Assembly (NCBI GenBank): GCA_964419565.1
Contig: CAYQPW010000008.1
Span: forward strand, 28,284 to 92,283
From: an uncultured bacterium
Lineage (GTDB): Bacteria > Hydrothermota > Tepidihabitantia > SM23-42
DNA length: 64,000 nucleotides
Direction of reading: 5' to 3'
Part shown: positions 26,474-35,904 of the stretch, one piece after another
Numbering within the stretch: position 1 is the stretch's first letter
Layout: every line of letters starts with the position of its first letter
The notes under the pieces: model-generated
Database searches by the model: none
What the model was told of the DNA's origin: nothing
The model's input: only the letters and a program-made list of their open reading frames with translations
Made by a program: the position numbers and the translations under genes

Positions 26474-27961
26474 ATGAAGGTATTATTAGCCGGCTTTAAT
26501 GTCGACCTCGGTGCGCTTAAAGAATACAAGAAAAAGAACGTTATTTTAACACCCGAGTCGATATCCGCAGCTTATGCCCGGATCAGCCGAAGTCCTAAAG
26601 AAGTAGATAAACTGAGACAGGAATCAAGAAAAGAGGTCGCTAAAGCGCGGCGTTCTAACCGGACGATTATTTTTGAGATGGGGCACCATTCAGTCGCCGA
26701 ACACGCAGTCTTTAATTTTGATATAATCGGTATTTCACGTATCGCCATCGAAGAACTCGAAAAATTCCGTTTGTGTTCTTATACGGAAAAATCCCAGCGT
26801 TATGTAAGATTAAAAGGTGATTTTGTCATTCCCGAAGAATTAGCTAAATCCGATTTAGTCGATGAGTACTGTGCGATGATAAAAATCCAGAACGACACTT
26901 ATAAAGAACTATATGAAAAAATCAGTGCCCATAACATCGAGAGACTTTCCGGTAAAGAAATAAACAAAAAACAGACGAAGATATTATATAATTTAGCCAA
27001 GGAGGATGCAAGATATATCCTTTCTATGGCGACACAAACCCAGGTCGGCGCGACGATAAATGCACGTAACCTCGAATTAATGATCAGGCGATTTGCTTCC
27101 CATAATTTAAAGGAGGTCAACGAGCTTGGACAAAAATTCTATGCATTAGTACACAAGATCGCGCCTTCGATCATATTATTCCATAAAGCCAATGACTATG
27201 ACCAAAAAACATACCCTGGTTTGCAGAAACACATGAGAAATTTTGAGGTTGAGAAGATCAGAAATTCTGAAAAGAAAAAAAACAGTGACGTTGAGCTTGT
27301 CGATCATACGCCAGATGGAGATAATAAAATACTCACGGCACTTTTATTCAAGTCGTCGAAATTAACTTATAAACAAGCACTACAAGCTATAAAGAAGATG
27401 TCAAAAAAGAAGAAAATTGAATTTTTTAAGAAAGCATGTTCTAATATGGAGTTATACGATGTCGCATTGAGAGAATTTGAATATGCTAACCTGACGTATT
27501 CCTTGATCGTTTCTGCTGGTTGTTTTGGCCAGCTTAAGCGCCACCGTCTTGCTTCAATGACATGCCAGGATTATGACCCCGCACTCGGTTTTACGATCCC
27601 CGATTCAGTGATAGATGTCAATGAGGAGAAAAAATTTGTTGATATAATAAAGAAATCCGAAGAAGTCTACGAAAAAATAGAAAAAAAACACCCGCATCTT
27701 GGTGCATACATCCTCACTAATGCGCACCGCAAAAGAGTACTTTTAAGAGTCAATCTCAGAGAGCTCTATCACATATCCCGTTTGCGCGAAGATCCTACAG
27801 CACAGTGGGATATAAGAGATAAAGCAAAAAAAATGTCGGCACTTGCCAGAAAGGTCATGCCCATAACCGCGTCACTGCTCGCAGGCAAATCAGATTATCC
27901 AAAGATCTACAAAGCTGTATATGGAAAAAACCCAAAGATAACAGAAGTTCCCCCGTTATAA
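26474..27961 (+). CDS. thyX: FAD-dependent thymidylate synthase ThyX, double-length (tandem ThyX-like halves)
   Basis: The first half has HHSVAEHAVFNF...SRIAIEEL..SYTEKSQRYV with a degenerate RHR. The second half has the intact ThyX motif LKRHRLASM and REDPTAQWDIR. Confidence 0.8.
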   Translation: MKVLLAGFNVDLGALKEYKKKNVILTPESISAAYARISRSPKEVDKLRQESRKEVAKARRSNRTIIFEMGHHSVAEHAVFNFDIIGISRIAIEELEKFRLCSYTEKSQRYVRLKGDFVIPEELAKSDLVDEYCAMIKIQNDTYKELYEKISAHNIERLSGKEINKKQTKILYNLAKEDARYILSMATQTQVGATINARNLELMIRRFASHNLKEVNELGQKFYALVHKIAPSIILFHKANDYDQKTYPGLQKHMRNFEVEKIRNSEKKKNSDVELVDHTPDGDNKILTALLFKSSKLTYKQALQAIKKMSKKKKIEFFKKACSNMELYDVALREFEYANLTYSLIVSAGCFGQLKRHRLASMTCQDYDPALGFTIPDSVIDVNEEKKFVDIIKKSEEVYEKIEKKHPHLGAYILTNAHRKRVLLRVNLRELYHISRLREDPTAQWDIRDKAKKMSALARKVMPITASLLAGKSDYPKIYKAVYGKNPKITEVPPL

Positions 27962-28017
27962 TTATATAATCCTTGACACCTACACTGTATCGTTGATAAT
28001 AAGGCAAGGAGAGGATC

Positions 28018-29526
28018 ATGAAAAAAAATATGCTCCTTTTGATTGTTTTGCTCGGCAATTCACTTTTTGCTGCAAATTATTTTGTCGCACCGTGGGGTAA
28101 TGACGGTTATAGCGGGCTCTCATGGGATTCTGCCTTTGTGACCCTACAGCATGCTGCAGATATCGTTGTACCGGGTGATTCCGTATTTGCTGAGAGCGGC
28201 GCGTATGTGGGTTTTGACTTGAGGACCAGCGGTACGATGTCGCTGCCCATAGTTTTTATCGGTTATGGCGATACAACGACGATCATTACCCAAAATAACG
28301 AGACTCCGGACGGTATAAATATTGAAAACGCTGATTGGGTCGTGATCGATGGTTTTTATGTCGTCGGCATACAAAGAGCCGGTATCCGGGTTGCAGTGTC
28401 CGAGCATGTCGTTGTAAAAAACAATGTATGCAGTAATAATGGAACATGGGGGATTTTCACGGGCTTTGCTGATTTTGCAGTCATTGAAAATAATCTGTGT
28501 ATGTATTCACAGCAAGAACACGGCATTTATTTTTCCAATAGCGCCGACCATCCGACAATAAGATACAATACTTGCCATCACAACAACGCAAATGGCATCC
28601 ACATGAACGGTGACGAGTCTATGGGTGGTGACGGGCTGATAACCGATGCCACGGTTGAAGGAAATATTATATATGAAAATGGCCAGGCCGGAGGCTCCGG
28701 GATTAATTGCGATGGTGTTGCCGATTCAAAGATCTTCAATAACCTTTTATATATGAATCATGCAAGCGGTATCAGCCTTTACCGCATAGACGCTTCAGCT
28801 GGTTCCTATAATACAAAGGTTTTTAATAATACGATAATCAATGCATCAGACGGAAGGTGGTGTCTGAATATCAATAATGGTTCTTATGCAGATACAGTTT
28901 ATAATAATATCCTGATCAATCTCCACACCTGGCGCGGCAGTATCGCTATAGATGCTTCTTCACTTTCTGATTTCTGCAGTGACTATAATATCGTCGTTAA
29001 TAGGATGAGTAATGACGGCGGTAATACGAGCATGTCACTCGCGCAGTGGCAGGTATTGGGTTATGATCTCAATTCGTTCCTTGCCGACCCTCTTGATAGC
29101 ATTTTTACTGACTGGTCAGGTGGTGATTACCATTTACAGGATAATTCCCAGGCCATCGATGCGGGCACTGATCTGGTCAGTCTGGTAGTTCAATATGACC
29201 TCGATGGTGTTATAAGACCCCAGGGTGCAGGATATGATATCGGCGCTTATGAAAAACTGCAAACCGGGATTTTCCAGGTGCATGATCTAAACAAATCTGG
29301 ATTCTGCATAATCCACCAGGCATCGAAAAATATACTATTCAAAAACCTAAGTAACGGCGATATGATCAAGCTTTATAATACCCAAGGTCGATTGATCCGT
29401 GATTCAGGCAGAATATCTTGTGCTGAATATGAATTACACACGAGGAGTTTGGCAAATGGTGTTTATTTCTGTGTTATTCACCGGGGATCACAAATACTCA
29501 AAGGCAAGATAGTCTTGATTAGATAG
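28018..29526 (+). CDS. Right-handed parallel beta-helix repeat protein with T9SS C-terminal sorting domain
   Basis: Signal peptide, then repeated beta-helix turns (NNVCSNNGTWGIF, ENNLCMYSQQEHGIYF, NTCHHNNANGIHM, GNIIYENGQAGGSGINC). CTD tail IKLYNTQGRLI...NGVYFCVIHRGSQILKGKIVLIR. SD AAGGAGAGG. Confidence 0.8.
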   Translation: MKKNMLLLIVLLGNSLFAANYFVAPWGNDGYSGLSWDSAFVTLQHAADIVVPGDSVFAESGAYVGFDLRTSGTMSLPIVFIGYGDTTTIITQNNETPDGINIENADWVVIDGFYVVGIQRAGIRVAVSEHVVVKNNVCSNNGTWGIFTGFADFAVIENNLCMYSQQEHGIYFSNSADHPTIRYNTCHHNNANGIHMNGDESMGGDGLITDATVEGNIIYENGQAGGSGINCDGVADSKIFNNLLYMNHASGISLYRIDASAGSYNTKVFNNTIINASDGRWCLNINNGSYADTVYNNILINLHTWRGSIAIDASSLSDFCSDYNIVVNRMSNDGGNTSMSLAQWQVLGYDLNSFLADPLDSIFTDWSGGDYHLQDNSQAIDAGTDLVSLVVQYDLDGVIRPQGAGYDIGAYEKLQTGIFQVHDLNKSGFCIIHQASKNILFKNLSNGDMIKLYNTQGRLIRDSGRISCAEYELHTRSLANGVYFCVIHRGSQILKGKIVLIR

Positions 29527-29590
29527 TCAATTCATAATTTGATATACACTCTATTTCTATGTCATTTCCCCTATTACAGTTACTGTGTCA

Positions 29591-29611
29591 TTCCCCGATT
29601 TAATCGGGGAA
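29591..29611 (+). terminator. Probable intrinsic terminator after the beta-helix gene
   Basis: TTCCCCG-ATTTAAT-CGGGGAA hairpin followed by TCCATTTTCTTATTTT. Confidence 0.55.
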
Positions 29612-29625
29612 TCCATTTTCTTATT

Positions 29626-29654
29626 TTGACAATACAAATACCTGGTGATATAAT
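29626..29654 (+). promoter_or_regulatory. Perfect-consensus sigma70 promoter
   Basis: TTGACA (29626..29631), a 17-nt spacer, then TATAAT (29649..29654), 20 nt upstream of the TTG-initiated remnant ORF. Confidence 0.55.
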
Positions 29655-29674
29655 CAATAGTAGAGGGAAATATA

Positions 29675-30018
29675 TTGAAAAGAATTGTATTCGTTGGAAT
29701 ACCATTATTGACTACATTGTTATTTGCACAAACACCTGATACGCTGTGGACCAAGACGTATATTGGGATTGAAAACGATGGGGGCTTCTTAAAATCGCAC
29801 CTGATACCTTTGCTGTGGAGGAAGCAAAGGGAAATATCATAGCAAATCACTCACTTGGTGCGTCAATCTTACAAGGATCATTAATCCTACCCGAAGGCAA
29901 AACCTGCAAAGTTTTTGACATCATAGGACGAGTAGTATTACCTCAACATATTAAACCAGGGATTTATTTTATTGAGGTCGATGGAAAGATCACACAGAAA
30001 GTTATTAAGATTCGTTAG
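29675..30018 (+). pseudogene. Remnant of a T9SS-secreted protein gene: signal peptide and CTD in different frames, interior missing
   Basis: The TTG 29675 frame gives (M)KRIVFVGIPLLTTLLFAQTPDTLWTKTY... and stops at 29840. A different frame (29815..30018) ends in a CTD-like tail: KVFDIIGRVVLPQHIKPGIYFIEVDGKITQKVIKIR. Confidence 0.55.
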
Positions 30019-30061
30019 ATAACGCGTAAAACAGTAGTGTCTTAATTTATTTGTGACAACG

Positions 30062-30089
30062 TTGACACGGAAATATTGTTGATTATAAT
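30062..30089 (+). promoter_or_regulatory. Sigma70-type promoter for tRNA-Leu
   Basis: TTGACA (30062..30067), a 16-nt spacer, then TATAAT (30084..30089), about 19 nt before the tRNA. Confidence 0.5.
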
Positions 30090-30108
30090 AGAGTGCTTAG
30101 TAGATAGC

Positions 30109-30192
30109 GCCGGGATGGCGGAATTGGGAGACGTGCTAGGTTCAGGACCTAGTGCCTGAAAGGGCGTAGGGGTTCAAATCCCCTTCCCGGCA
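30109..30192 (+). tRNA. tRNA-Leu (anticodon CAG), long variable arm, CCA not encoded
   Basis: GCCGGGATGGCGGAATTGGGAGACGTGCTAGGTTCAGGACCTAGTGCCTGAAAGGGCGTAGGGGTTCAAATCCCCTTCCCGGCA is close to the E. coli tRNA-Leu(CAG) pattern. It is followed by the hairpin ATGCCACC-TTT-GGTGGCAT. Confidence 0.9.
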
Positions 30193-30255
30193 TATGCCAC
30201 CTTTGGTGGCATCGATTACAATGATAACGACAGATTACAGTGATGTAGTATTTCA

Positions 30256-30765
30256 ATGAAAAAACACTTAATTCAAGCTGGGCGAATTTTATTTAAATAC
30301 CGCGCATTTATCGCGGTTCCTTTTTTTATCCTGCTCTTTATCTTCTCAAAGCCTGCGCCTATCAAAGTCATCCCTTATTTTATAATATTTATCGGCTTGT
30401 TCATAAGAATCTGGGCAGCGGGCTATATCGGTCAAAAGGCCCGGGCAACAGGATTTACCACTGGATGCAGGATAATGAACGCGCCCTATAAATATTTGAA
30501 ACATCCTTTATATATTGGAAATTTCTTTCTTGTTTTGGGCATTGTTATACTTTTTAATCCGGCAACATGGTTTGCTGTTTTGCTCATGATACTATTCTTG
30601 CTTATATATACAGTGATCATTATAAGCGAATTACATTATTTAAAGGATTTGCCCAAGATAAAAGCACAATTTAAGTTGACGAATTGCAAAGGTGAGATAT
30701 CAACGATAGTCATTGTTATAATTATTCTCATCATCTACCATATTTTAACATATACCATAAAATAA
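30256..30765 (+). CDS. Isoprenylcysteine carboxyl methyltransferase (ICMT/PEMT)-family membrane protein
   Basis: Polytopic 169-aa protein with the family motif LKHPLYIGNFFLVLG. Confidence 0.65.
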   Translation: MKKHLIQAGRILFKYRAFIAVPFFILLFIFSKPAPIKVIPYFIIFIGLFIRIWAAGYIGQKARATGFTTGCRIMNAPYKYLKHPLYIGNFFLVLGIVILFNPATWFAVLLMILFLLIYTVIIISELHYLKDLPKIKAQFKLTNCKGEISTIVIVIIILIIYHILTYTIK

Positions 30766-30821
30766 TAATACCTATTTGGTAGATGTATTAACGAATAATG
30801 TGGAGATTTATCTGTTGATGT

Positions 30822-32915
30822 TTAGTAGTTGTCGATATCCAGATCGTTTATTTTATTGAAATCATCCTGATAATCAAAACCGCCTTCAAAACTATGGACG
30901 TCGCATGAATCCTGTGGTTCAGTGCCGGCGATAAAGACTTCTTCACTTACATTCGGACAAAACTGCCGTGCTAAAAGACCGGTTTGTGAACAGACCTTGC
31001 GATCGACCAGGCCGCTCGGTTTAGGGAACACGCCATGGGGTGGTTTATCTATTACTTTCATGAGGTCACCCCATATCGGTGAAGAAACATTGCCGCCCGT
31101 TGCGCCTCTGAATATCCGGTCATTGTTATCATTTCCAACCCAGACACCGCAGATGTATTTTGGTGTATAACCGATAAACCAGGCATCAGAGTAGTTGTTC
31201 GTTGTACCTGTTTTTCCGGCCGCAGGTCCTGTATAGTATCTTCTGATATAATAGGCTGTACCACCGTCGACAACAGAGCACATCATATTGGTCATGATAT
31301 AACTTATCTGGGGAGACAATATCTTTTCAGGGATGGGGTTATTCATTTCAATGATCGTACCATCACGGTCAGTTATCTTGCGGATATATGTCGTTTCCAG
31401 CCTTTCACCAAGATTGGCTATTGTACCGACCGCGCCGACCATTTCTATGAGACTAACATCGCAGGAACCAAGCGCTAGAGATACAACCGCGAGCAATGGC
31501 GAATTGACACCAAGGTTATGTGCATACTGGACAACGAGCTCAGGTCCGATATTGCGGATCAAACGTATCGCCGCGAGATTTCTGGAATGTTTCAGTGCCT
31601 GTTTTATGGTTATCGGACCCATGAACTTACGGTCGTAATTCGAGGGGCGATATATACTGTCCATACCCGGTACTTCAAGTACGATCGGTAGATCGAGCAC
31701 GACATCAGACGGCGTAAACCCATTATCGATCGCCGCGGTGAAGACAAACACCTTAAAAGCACTTCCTGCCTGACGTGTTGCTTGCGTGGCCCGATTCCAT
31801 TTACTCTGGGCAAAATCACGGCCACCGACCAGGGCTTTGACCTCACCAGTATGATAATCCATCACTGCTATTGCGCCCTGGAGATAGGGTGAATATGTTA
31901 ATGTATCAGGGATACCTATCGAATCGTATTTTGCTTTGGTTTCTTTAAAGTGATAATCTTTTTCGATCTGAACCAGGTGCTTTTCCATTATTTCTTCAGC
32001 TGCTTTTTGGATTTCCGTGTTCAACGTCGTGTAAATATGGGCACCGCTTCGATACAGGAATTCTGGTCCATATTTGAGTTCAAGATACCTTCTAATCTCT
32101 TCAACATAATATTCGCCAAAACGCTTCTGCGGTTTATGTTCGATGACGATAATCGATTCAGCTACTGCTTCCTCGTACTGGCTATTCGAAATAAGATTAT
32201 TTTCAAGCATTACTTTAAGCACAAGGTCTCTTCTTTGTCTGGCAATATCAGGATGCTTGTATGGCGAGTAATTTTCCGGCGATTTTGGTAAGGCGATCAA
32301 AAGAGCACATTCCGTAAGCGTTAATTCAGTGATATCTTTGTCAAAATAATATCTTGCCGCAGTAGCTACGCCGTACCTGCCCTGACCAAAATTTATTTGG
32401 TTCAAATACCGCTCCAGGATTTCGTCTTTAGTATAAGCCCGTTCAATACGAATAGCCAATGCCATTTCCTTGAGTTTTCTGTCCATGGTCTGTTCAAGCG
32501 TAAGGAACATATTCCTGGCCAATTGCATCGTTATCGTACTTCCGCCCTGGACAACACTCATATGCAGAATATTTGTGATCAACGCCCGAACCAGGGCGAG
32601 AATATCAACACCCCAGTGTTTGTAGAACGTTTTATCCTCAATACAGATCACCCCGTCTTTTAAGTAATCCGGGACCCGTTCTATTTGCGCTAATTCCCGT
32701 CGTTCAATAAAAAACTCGCTGATCAGGTTATCATTATCATCATAGACTCTCGATGAAACCGGTGCCATGAAGAATGATATCGATTCTGTAGGCGGTAGAT
32801 CCTGGACGATCGACAGATAGCCCCCGGCACAAAGACCGAGAAATAACGAGATCAATATGATTATCGCCCAACGAACGCGATGGCGTTTATTTGAGCGCGT
32901 GTTTATTTTTTGCAT
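30822..32915 (-). CDS. Penicillin-binding protein 1A (bifunctional glycosyltransferase/transpeptidase)
   Basis: GT51 motifs EDKTFYKHWGVD, GGSTITMQLARN and RKLKEM. Transpeptidase motifs SAFK, SRN and KTGTT. N-terminal TM anchor. Confidence 0.93.
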   Translation of the reverse strand: MQKINTRSNKRHRVRWAIIILISLFLGLCAGGYLSIVQDLPPTESISFFMAPVSSRVYDDNDNLISEFFIERRELAQIERVPDYLKDGVICIEDKTFYKHWGVDILALVRALITNILHMSVVQGGSTITMQLARNMFLTLEQTMDRKLKEMALAIRIERAYTKDEILERYLNQINFGQGRYGVATAARYYFDKDITELTLTECALLIALPKSPENYSPYKHPDIARQRRDLVLKVMLENNLISNSQYEEAVAESIIVIEHKPQKRFGEYYVEEIRRYLELKYGPEFLYRSGAHIYTTLNTEIQKAAEEIMEKHLVQIEKDYHFKETKAKYDSIGIPDTLTYSPYLQGAIAVMDYHTGEVKALVGGRDFAQSKWNRATQATRQAGSAFKVFVFTAAIDNGFTPSDVVLDLPIVLEVPGMDSIYRPSNYDRKFMGPITIKQALKHSRNLAAIRLIRNIGPELVVQYAHNLGVNSPLLAVVSLALGSCDVSLIEMVGAVGTIANLGERLETTYIRKITDRDGTIIEMNNPIPEKILSPQISYIMTNMMCSVVDGGTAYYIRRYYTGPAAGKTGTTNNYSDAWFIGYTPKYICGVWVGNDNNDRIFRGATGGNVSSPIWGDLMKVIDKPPHGVFPKPSGLVDRKVCSQTGLLARQFCPNVSEEVFIAGTEPQDSCDVHSFEGGFDYQDDFNKINDLDIDNY

Positions 32916-33957
32916 CGAATTTATAAATTCTAGTGGGATCGATACGGAGAGTGAATATTTCTCCAGTATGCGGTATCTGCCCTTCAGGTAAGCAGGCGGA
33001 TAGAGCTATTTTCCCCCGACGACCATATATATAATGTTCATTGCCAAGTGGTTCTACGACATCGATCGTGATCTTAATAGTCGAACCTTTCTTCGTTGAA
33101 AAATCCGTTGGTCTTATGCCGATGGTCATCTCCTGACCAACATATTTAACGAATTTGCGGTTTAGTTTTAGCACGATATCTTCATTTTCAAAAATAATCT
33201 CCTTGCCTTTTCTTTTGATCCTTCCGGTCATGAAATTCATCGGTGGAGTGCCGATAAATCCAGCGACAAAGCTGTTCTTTGGTTCCCGATACAACTCGCC
33301 CGGGTCAGCTACTTGTTGTATTTCACCGTCTTTGATCACAATAATCTTCTGTCCCAGAGTCATTGCCTCGATTTGATCATGCGTTACGTAGATGATTGTC
33401 GCCTGAAGTTTTCTGTGGAGCCTCGAAAGTTCGGCGCGCATCTGTACTCGCAGTTTAGCATCGAGGTTAGATAGAGGTTCATCAAAAAGAAAGAGTTTTG
33501 GTTGTCTTACTATCGCCCGACCGACCGCGACGCGTTGGCGCTGACCTCCGGATAATTGCTTTGGTTTTCTCGCCAGAAGATCATCAATACCCAGAATCAC
33601 CGCCGTTTCATTGACCCTTTTTTTAATTTCGTTTTTTGGATATTTGCGCATTTTTAGTCCGAAAGCCATATTATCGAAGACATTCATATGCGGATATAAC
33701 GCATAATTTTGAAAGACCATCGCAACATTGCGGTCCTTTGGCGAAAAATCATTGACACAGCTGCCATCGATATAGATCTCTCCTGAGGTTAGTTCTTCAA
33801 GGCCAGCGATCAAACGTAATGCCGTGGTTTTACCACAACCAGAAGGACCGACGAGAACAGCGAATTCTTTATCGCATACTTCAAAGGAAAGATCCTTTGC
33901 TGCATAGACATTCTTGTCGTATATTTTGGTGACCTTATTTAGTTGGAGTCTCGCCAT
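32887..33957 (-). CDS. ABC transporter ATP-binding protein, MalK/UgpC/MsmK type, with a C-terminal regulatory/TOBE-like domain
   Basis: Walker A GPSGCGKTT, LSGGQRQRVAVGRA, LFLFDEPLSNLD, and an MalK-like C-terminal domain. No cognate permease or binding protein is adjacent. Confidence 0.9.
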   Translation of the reverse strand: MARLQLNKVTKIYDKNVYAAKDLSFEVCDKEFAVLVGPSGCGKTTALRLIAGLEELTSGEIYIDGSCVNDFSPKDRNVAMVFQNYALYPHMNVFDNMAFGLKMRKYPKNEIKKRVNETAVILGIDDLLARKPKQLSGGQRQRVAVGRAIVRQPKLFLFDEPLSNLDAKLRVQMRAELSRLHRKLQATIIYVTHDQIEAMTLGQKIIVIKDGEIQQVADPGELYREPKNSFVAGFIGTPPMNFMTGRIKRKGKEIIFENEDIVLKLNRKFVKYVGQEMTIGIRPTDFSTKKGSTIKITIDVVEPLGNEHYIYGRRGKIALSACLPEGQIPHTGEIFTLRIDPTRIYKFDAKNKHALK

Positions 33958-34780
33958 GCTTCCAGATAATACTCAATATCCGTATCAGGGTATTTCGGAG
34001 TTCTTTTCTCGATACGACAATGTCGATCATCCCGTGGGCTAGCAGATTCTCTGACCGCTGTAATCCCGGTGGAAATTTCTCACCGATGGTTTGTTCCGCG
34101 ACCCGGGCACCGGTAAATCCAAGCAAAGCGCCGGGTTCGGTAATAATAATATCGCCTAAAGAAGCATAAGAGGCCATAACACCGGCTGTTGTCGGGTGGG
34201 TGAGGATAGAGATGTAAGGCAGTTTATTCTGAGCCAGGAGGGCCAATTCCGCGGATGTTTTTGCCATTTGCATTAAAGATAATATCCCTTCTTGCATCCG
34301 GGCACCACCCGATGCCGACAGGATTATCAAAGGCAGTTTTTTCTCGCGTGCTGTCCGAATAGCCCGGGCTATTTTTTCACCTATTACTGAACCCATACTA
34401 CCACCCATAAAAGCAAAATCCATTGCCGCAAAAACAACTTCTATACCGCCGATCGTAGCAAGACCATAGACGACGCCTTCTTTCATGCCGGTTTTTTCCT
34501 GGGCGGTTTTGATTTTTTTCTTGTATTCAGGAAAGTCTAGAGGATCCAGGGCTTCGAGGTTCTCGTCTTTTTCATTGAGATGAGCATTGTCAAACAATAG
34601 GGAGATGTACTTACGGTTATTTATCCTGAAATGAAAATTGCATTTTGTGCAAATCCACAGATTTTTCTCGAGTTCCTTACGATAAAGGATCTCCCCGCAG
34701 GTTTCACATTTAACCCATATTCCGTCGGGGAGTTTTAATTTCTCTTCCGGCTTTGCTTTTACCTTTTTCTTAAACCACAT
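33935..34780 (-). CDS. accD: Acetyl-CoA carboxylase carboxyltransferase beta subunit
   Basis: N-terminal zinc ribbon CETCGEILYRKELEKNLWICTKCNFHFR plus the carboxyltransferase domain (FAFMGGSMGSVIGEK). Confidence 0.93.
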   Translation of the reverse strand: MWFKKKVKAKPEEKLKLPDGIWVKCETCGEILYRKELEKNLWICTKCNFHFRINNRKYISLLFDNAHLNEKDENLEALDPLDFPEYKKKIKTAQEKTGMKEGVVYGLATIGGIEVVFAAMDFAFMGGSMGSVIGEKIARAIRTAREKKLPLIILSASGGARMQEGILSLMQMAKTSAELALLAQNKLPYISILTHPTTAGVMASYASLGDIIITEPGALLGFTGARVAEQTIGEKFPPGLQRSENLLAHGMIDIVVSRKELRNTLIRILSIIWKHGETPTK

Positions 34781-34824
34781 AGGCTTTATTTTAACTTAAA
34801 TTAGGAAAATGTCAAGATAAGCTG

Positions 34825-35904
34825 CTAGCGCGGTACTCTGAAAATAAGGACAATACCAACGATACCAAAGAGCATATTGGGAAACCAGGCAGCTAGAAAG
34901 GGGTCTATTAAACCCGCGACTCCATAAGCACGACATGACTGTATGAGGCCCCAATAAGTAAAGGCAAGAGCAACACTTATGCCCAGTCCTATGGCAATAC
35001 CTCCCTTTTTTAATACCACAGAAAGAGGAAGGGTTATCAGGAGGATTATCAGCGTGATTATCGGGTAGGAAAAACGATAATTCAGTTCCACCTCTTCTTT
35101 TGCTACGTTTTCACCGCCCCTTGCTCGCTTCTGGACAAACCGGTAGATCTCTATAAAATTCATTTCTTCAAGCGGCTTTATTCTTTTTAAAAAATCTTCT
35201 GGTTTTTCCTGTAATTCCGGCATTTCCAGAACTTTGTAGGACTTTACAGTTTCATTTCCCTGGTCATCGAATTCACGGAACGTTGCTTCGCTGAATTTCC
35301 ATGAGCCGTCATAGATCGCAGCATCAGCATCGATCCTCTTTTTAATCTTATTTTCCCGAGAGATCTGCCATAAGATAACGACATTGATTCTCTGTGTTGA
35401 AGAATCAAATTTTTTGATGAAATAGATCCAATTATTCTCACCATTATAGAAAAAATTACTTCGAGTGTTCTGTGGTCGCTTGGGCCGCTTGTCGATTTTC
35501 TCCTGTTGGTGCGTGAACAACTGTGCGTGGGACCAGACCCCCACGGTTTCCTGAAAGACAAAGGTCAGTAAACAGATCACGATCCCGGCGAAAAGGATCA
35601 AGTAAAAAAGGCGATTCGTATTCAAACCGCACGTTTTCAAAGCGACCATTTCCTTATTTTTGGTCATAATCCCAAAAACAAAAAAGACCGCCATTATCGA
35701 CGCGACCGGAATGAGAAGCACAATATAAGACGGAGTCAGGTATAAATAATAGATGAGGATATCTTTTGCTAGAGCATCTTTGACCAGAAATTTCCCCAGA
35801 TTATCAAACAGGTTTATGATTATATATATGAATATTAGGACAGCGAGACAGATAAACAGATACTTTACGAAATTTCTAAGTACATAACGGTTAATGACTT
35901 TCAT
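34825..35904 (-). CDS. LPS export ABC transporter permease, LptF/LptG (YjgP/YjgQ) family
   Basis: MKVINRYVLRNFVKYLF..., the typical YjgP/YjgQ N-terminus, with 6 TM segments and a periplasmic beta-jellyroll insert. Confidence 0.85.
   Translation of the reverse strand: MKVINRYVLRNFVKYLFICLAVLIFIYIIINLFDNLGKFLVKDALAKDILIYYLYLTPSYIVLLIPVASIMAVFFVFGIMTKNKEMVALKTCGLNTNRLFYLILFAGIVICLLTFVFQETVGVWSHAQLFTHQQEKIDKRPKRPQNTRSNFFYNGENNWIYFIKKFDSSTQRINVVILWQISRENKIKKRIDADAAIYDGSWKFSEATFREFDDQGNETVKSYKVLEMPELQEKPEDFLKRIKPLEEMNFIEIYRFVQKRARGGENVAKEEVELNYRFSYPIITLIILLITLPLSVVLKKGGIAIGLGISVALAFTYWGLIQSCRAYGVAGLIDPFLAAWFPNMLFGIVGIVLIFRVPR

Noticed and set aside
30193-30212. Hairpin ATGCCACC-TTT-GGTGGCAT right after tRNA-Leu, considered as a terminator
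   Set aside because: The stem is good but no T-tract follows. I did not list it as a feature; it may still be a processing or termination signal.
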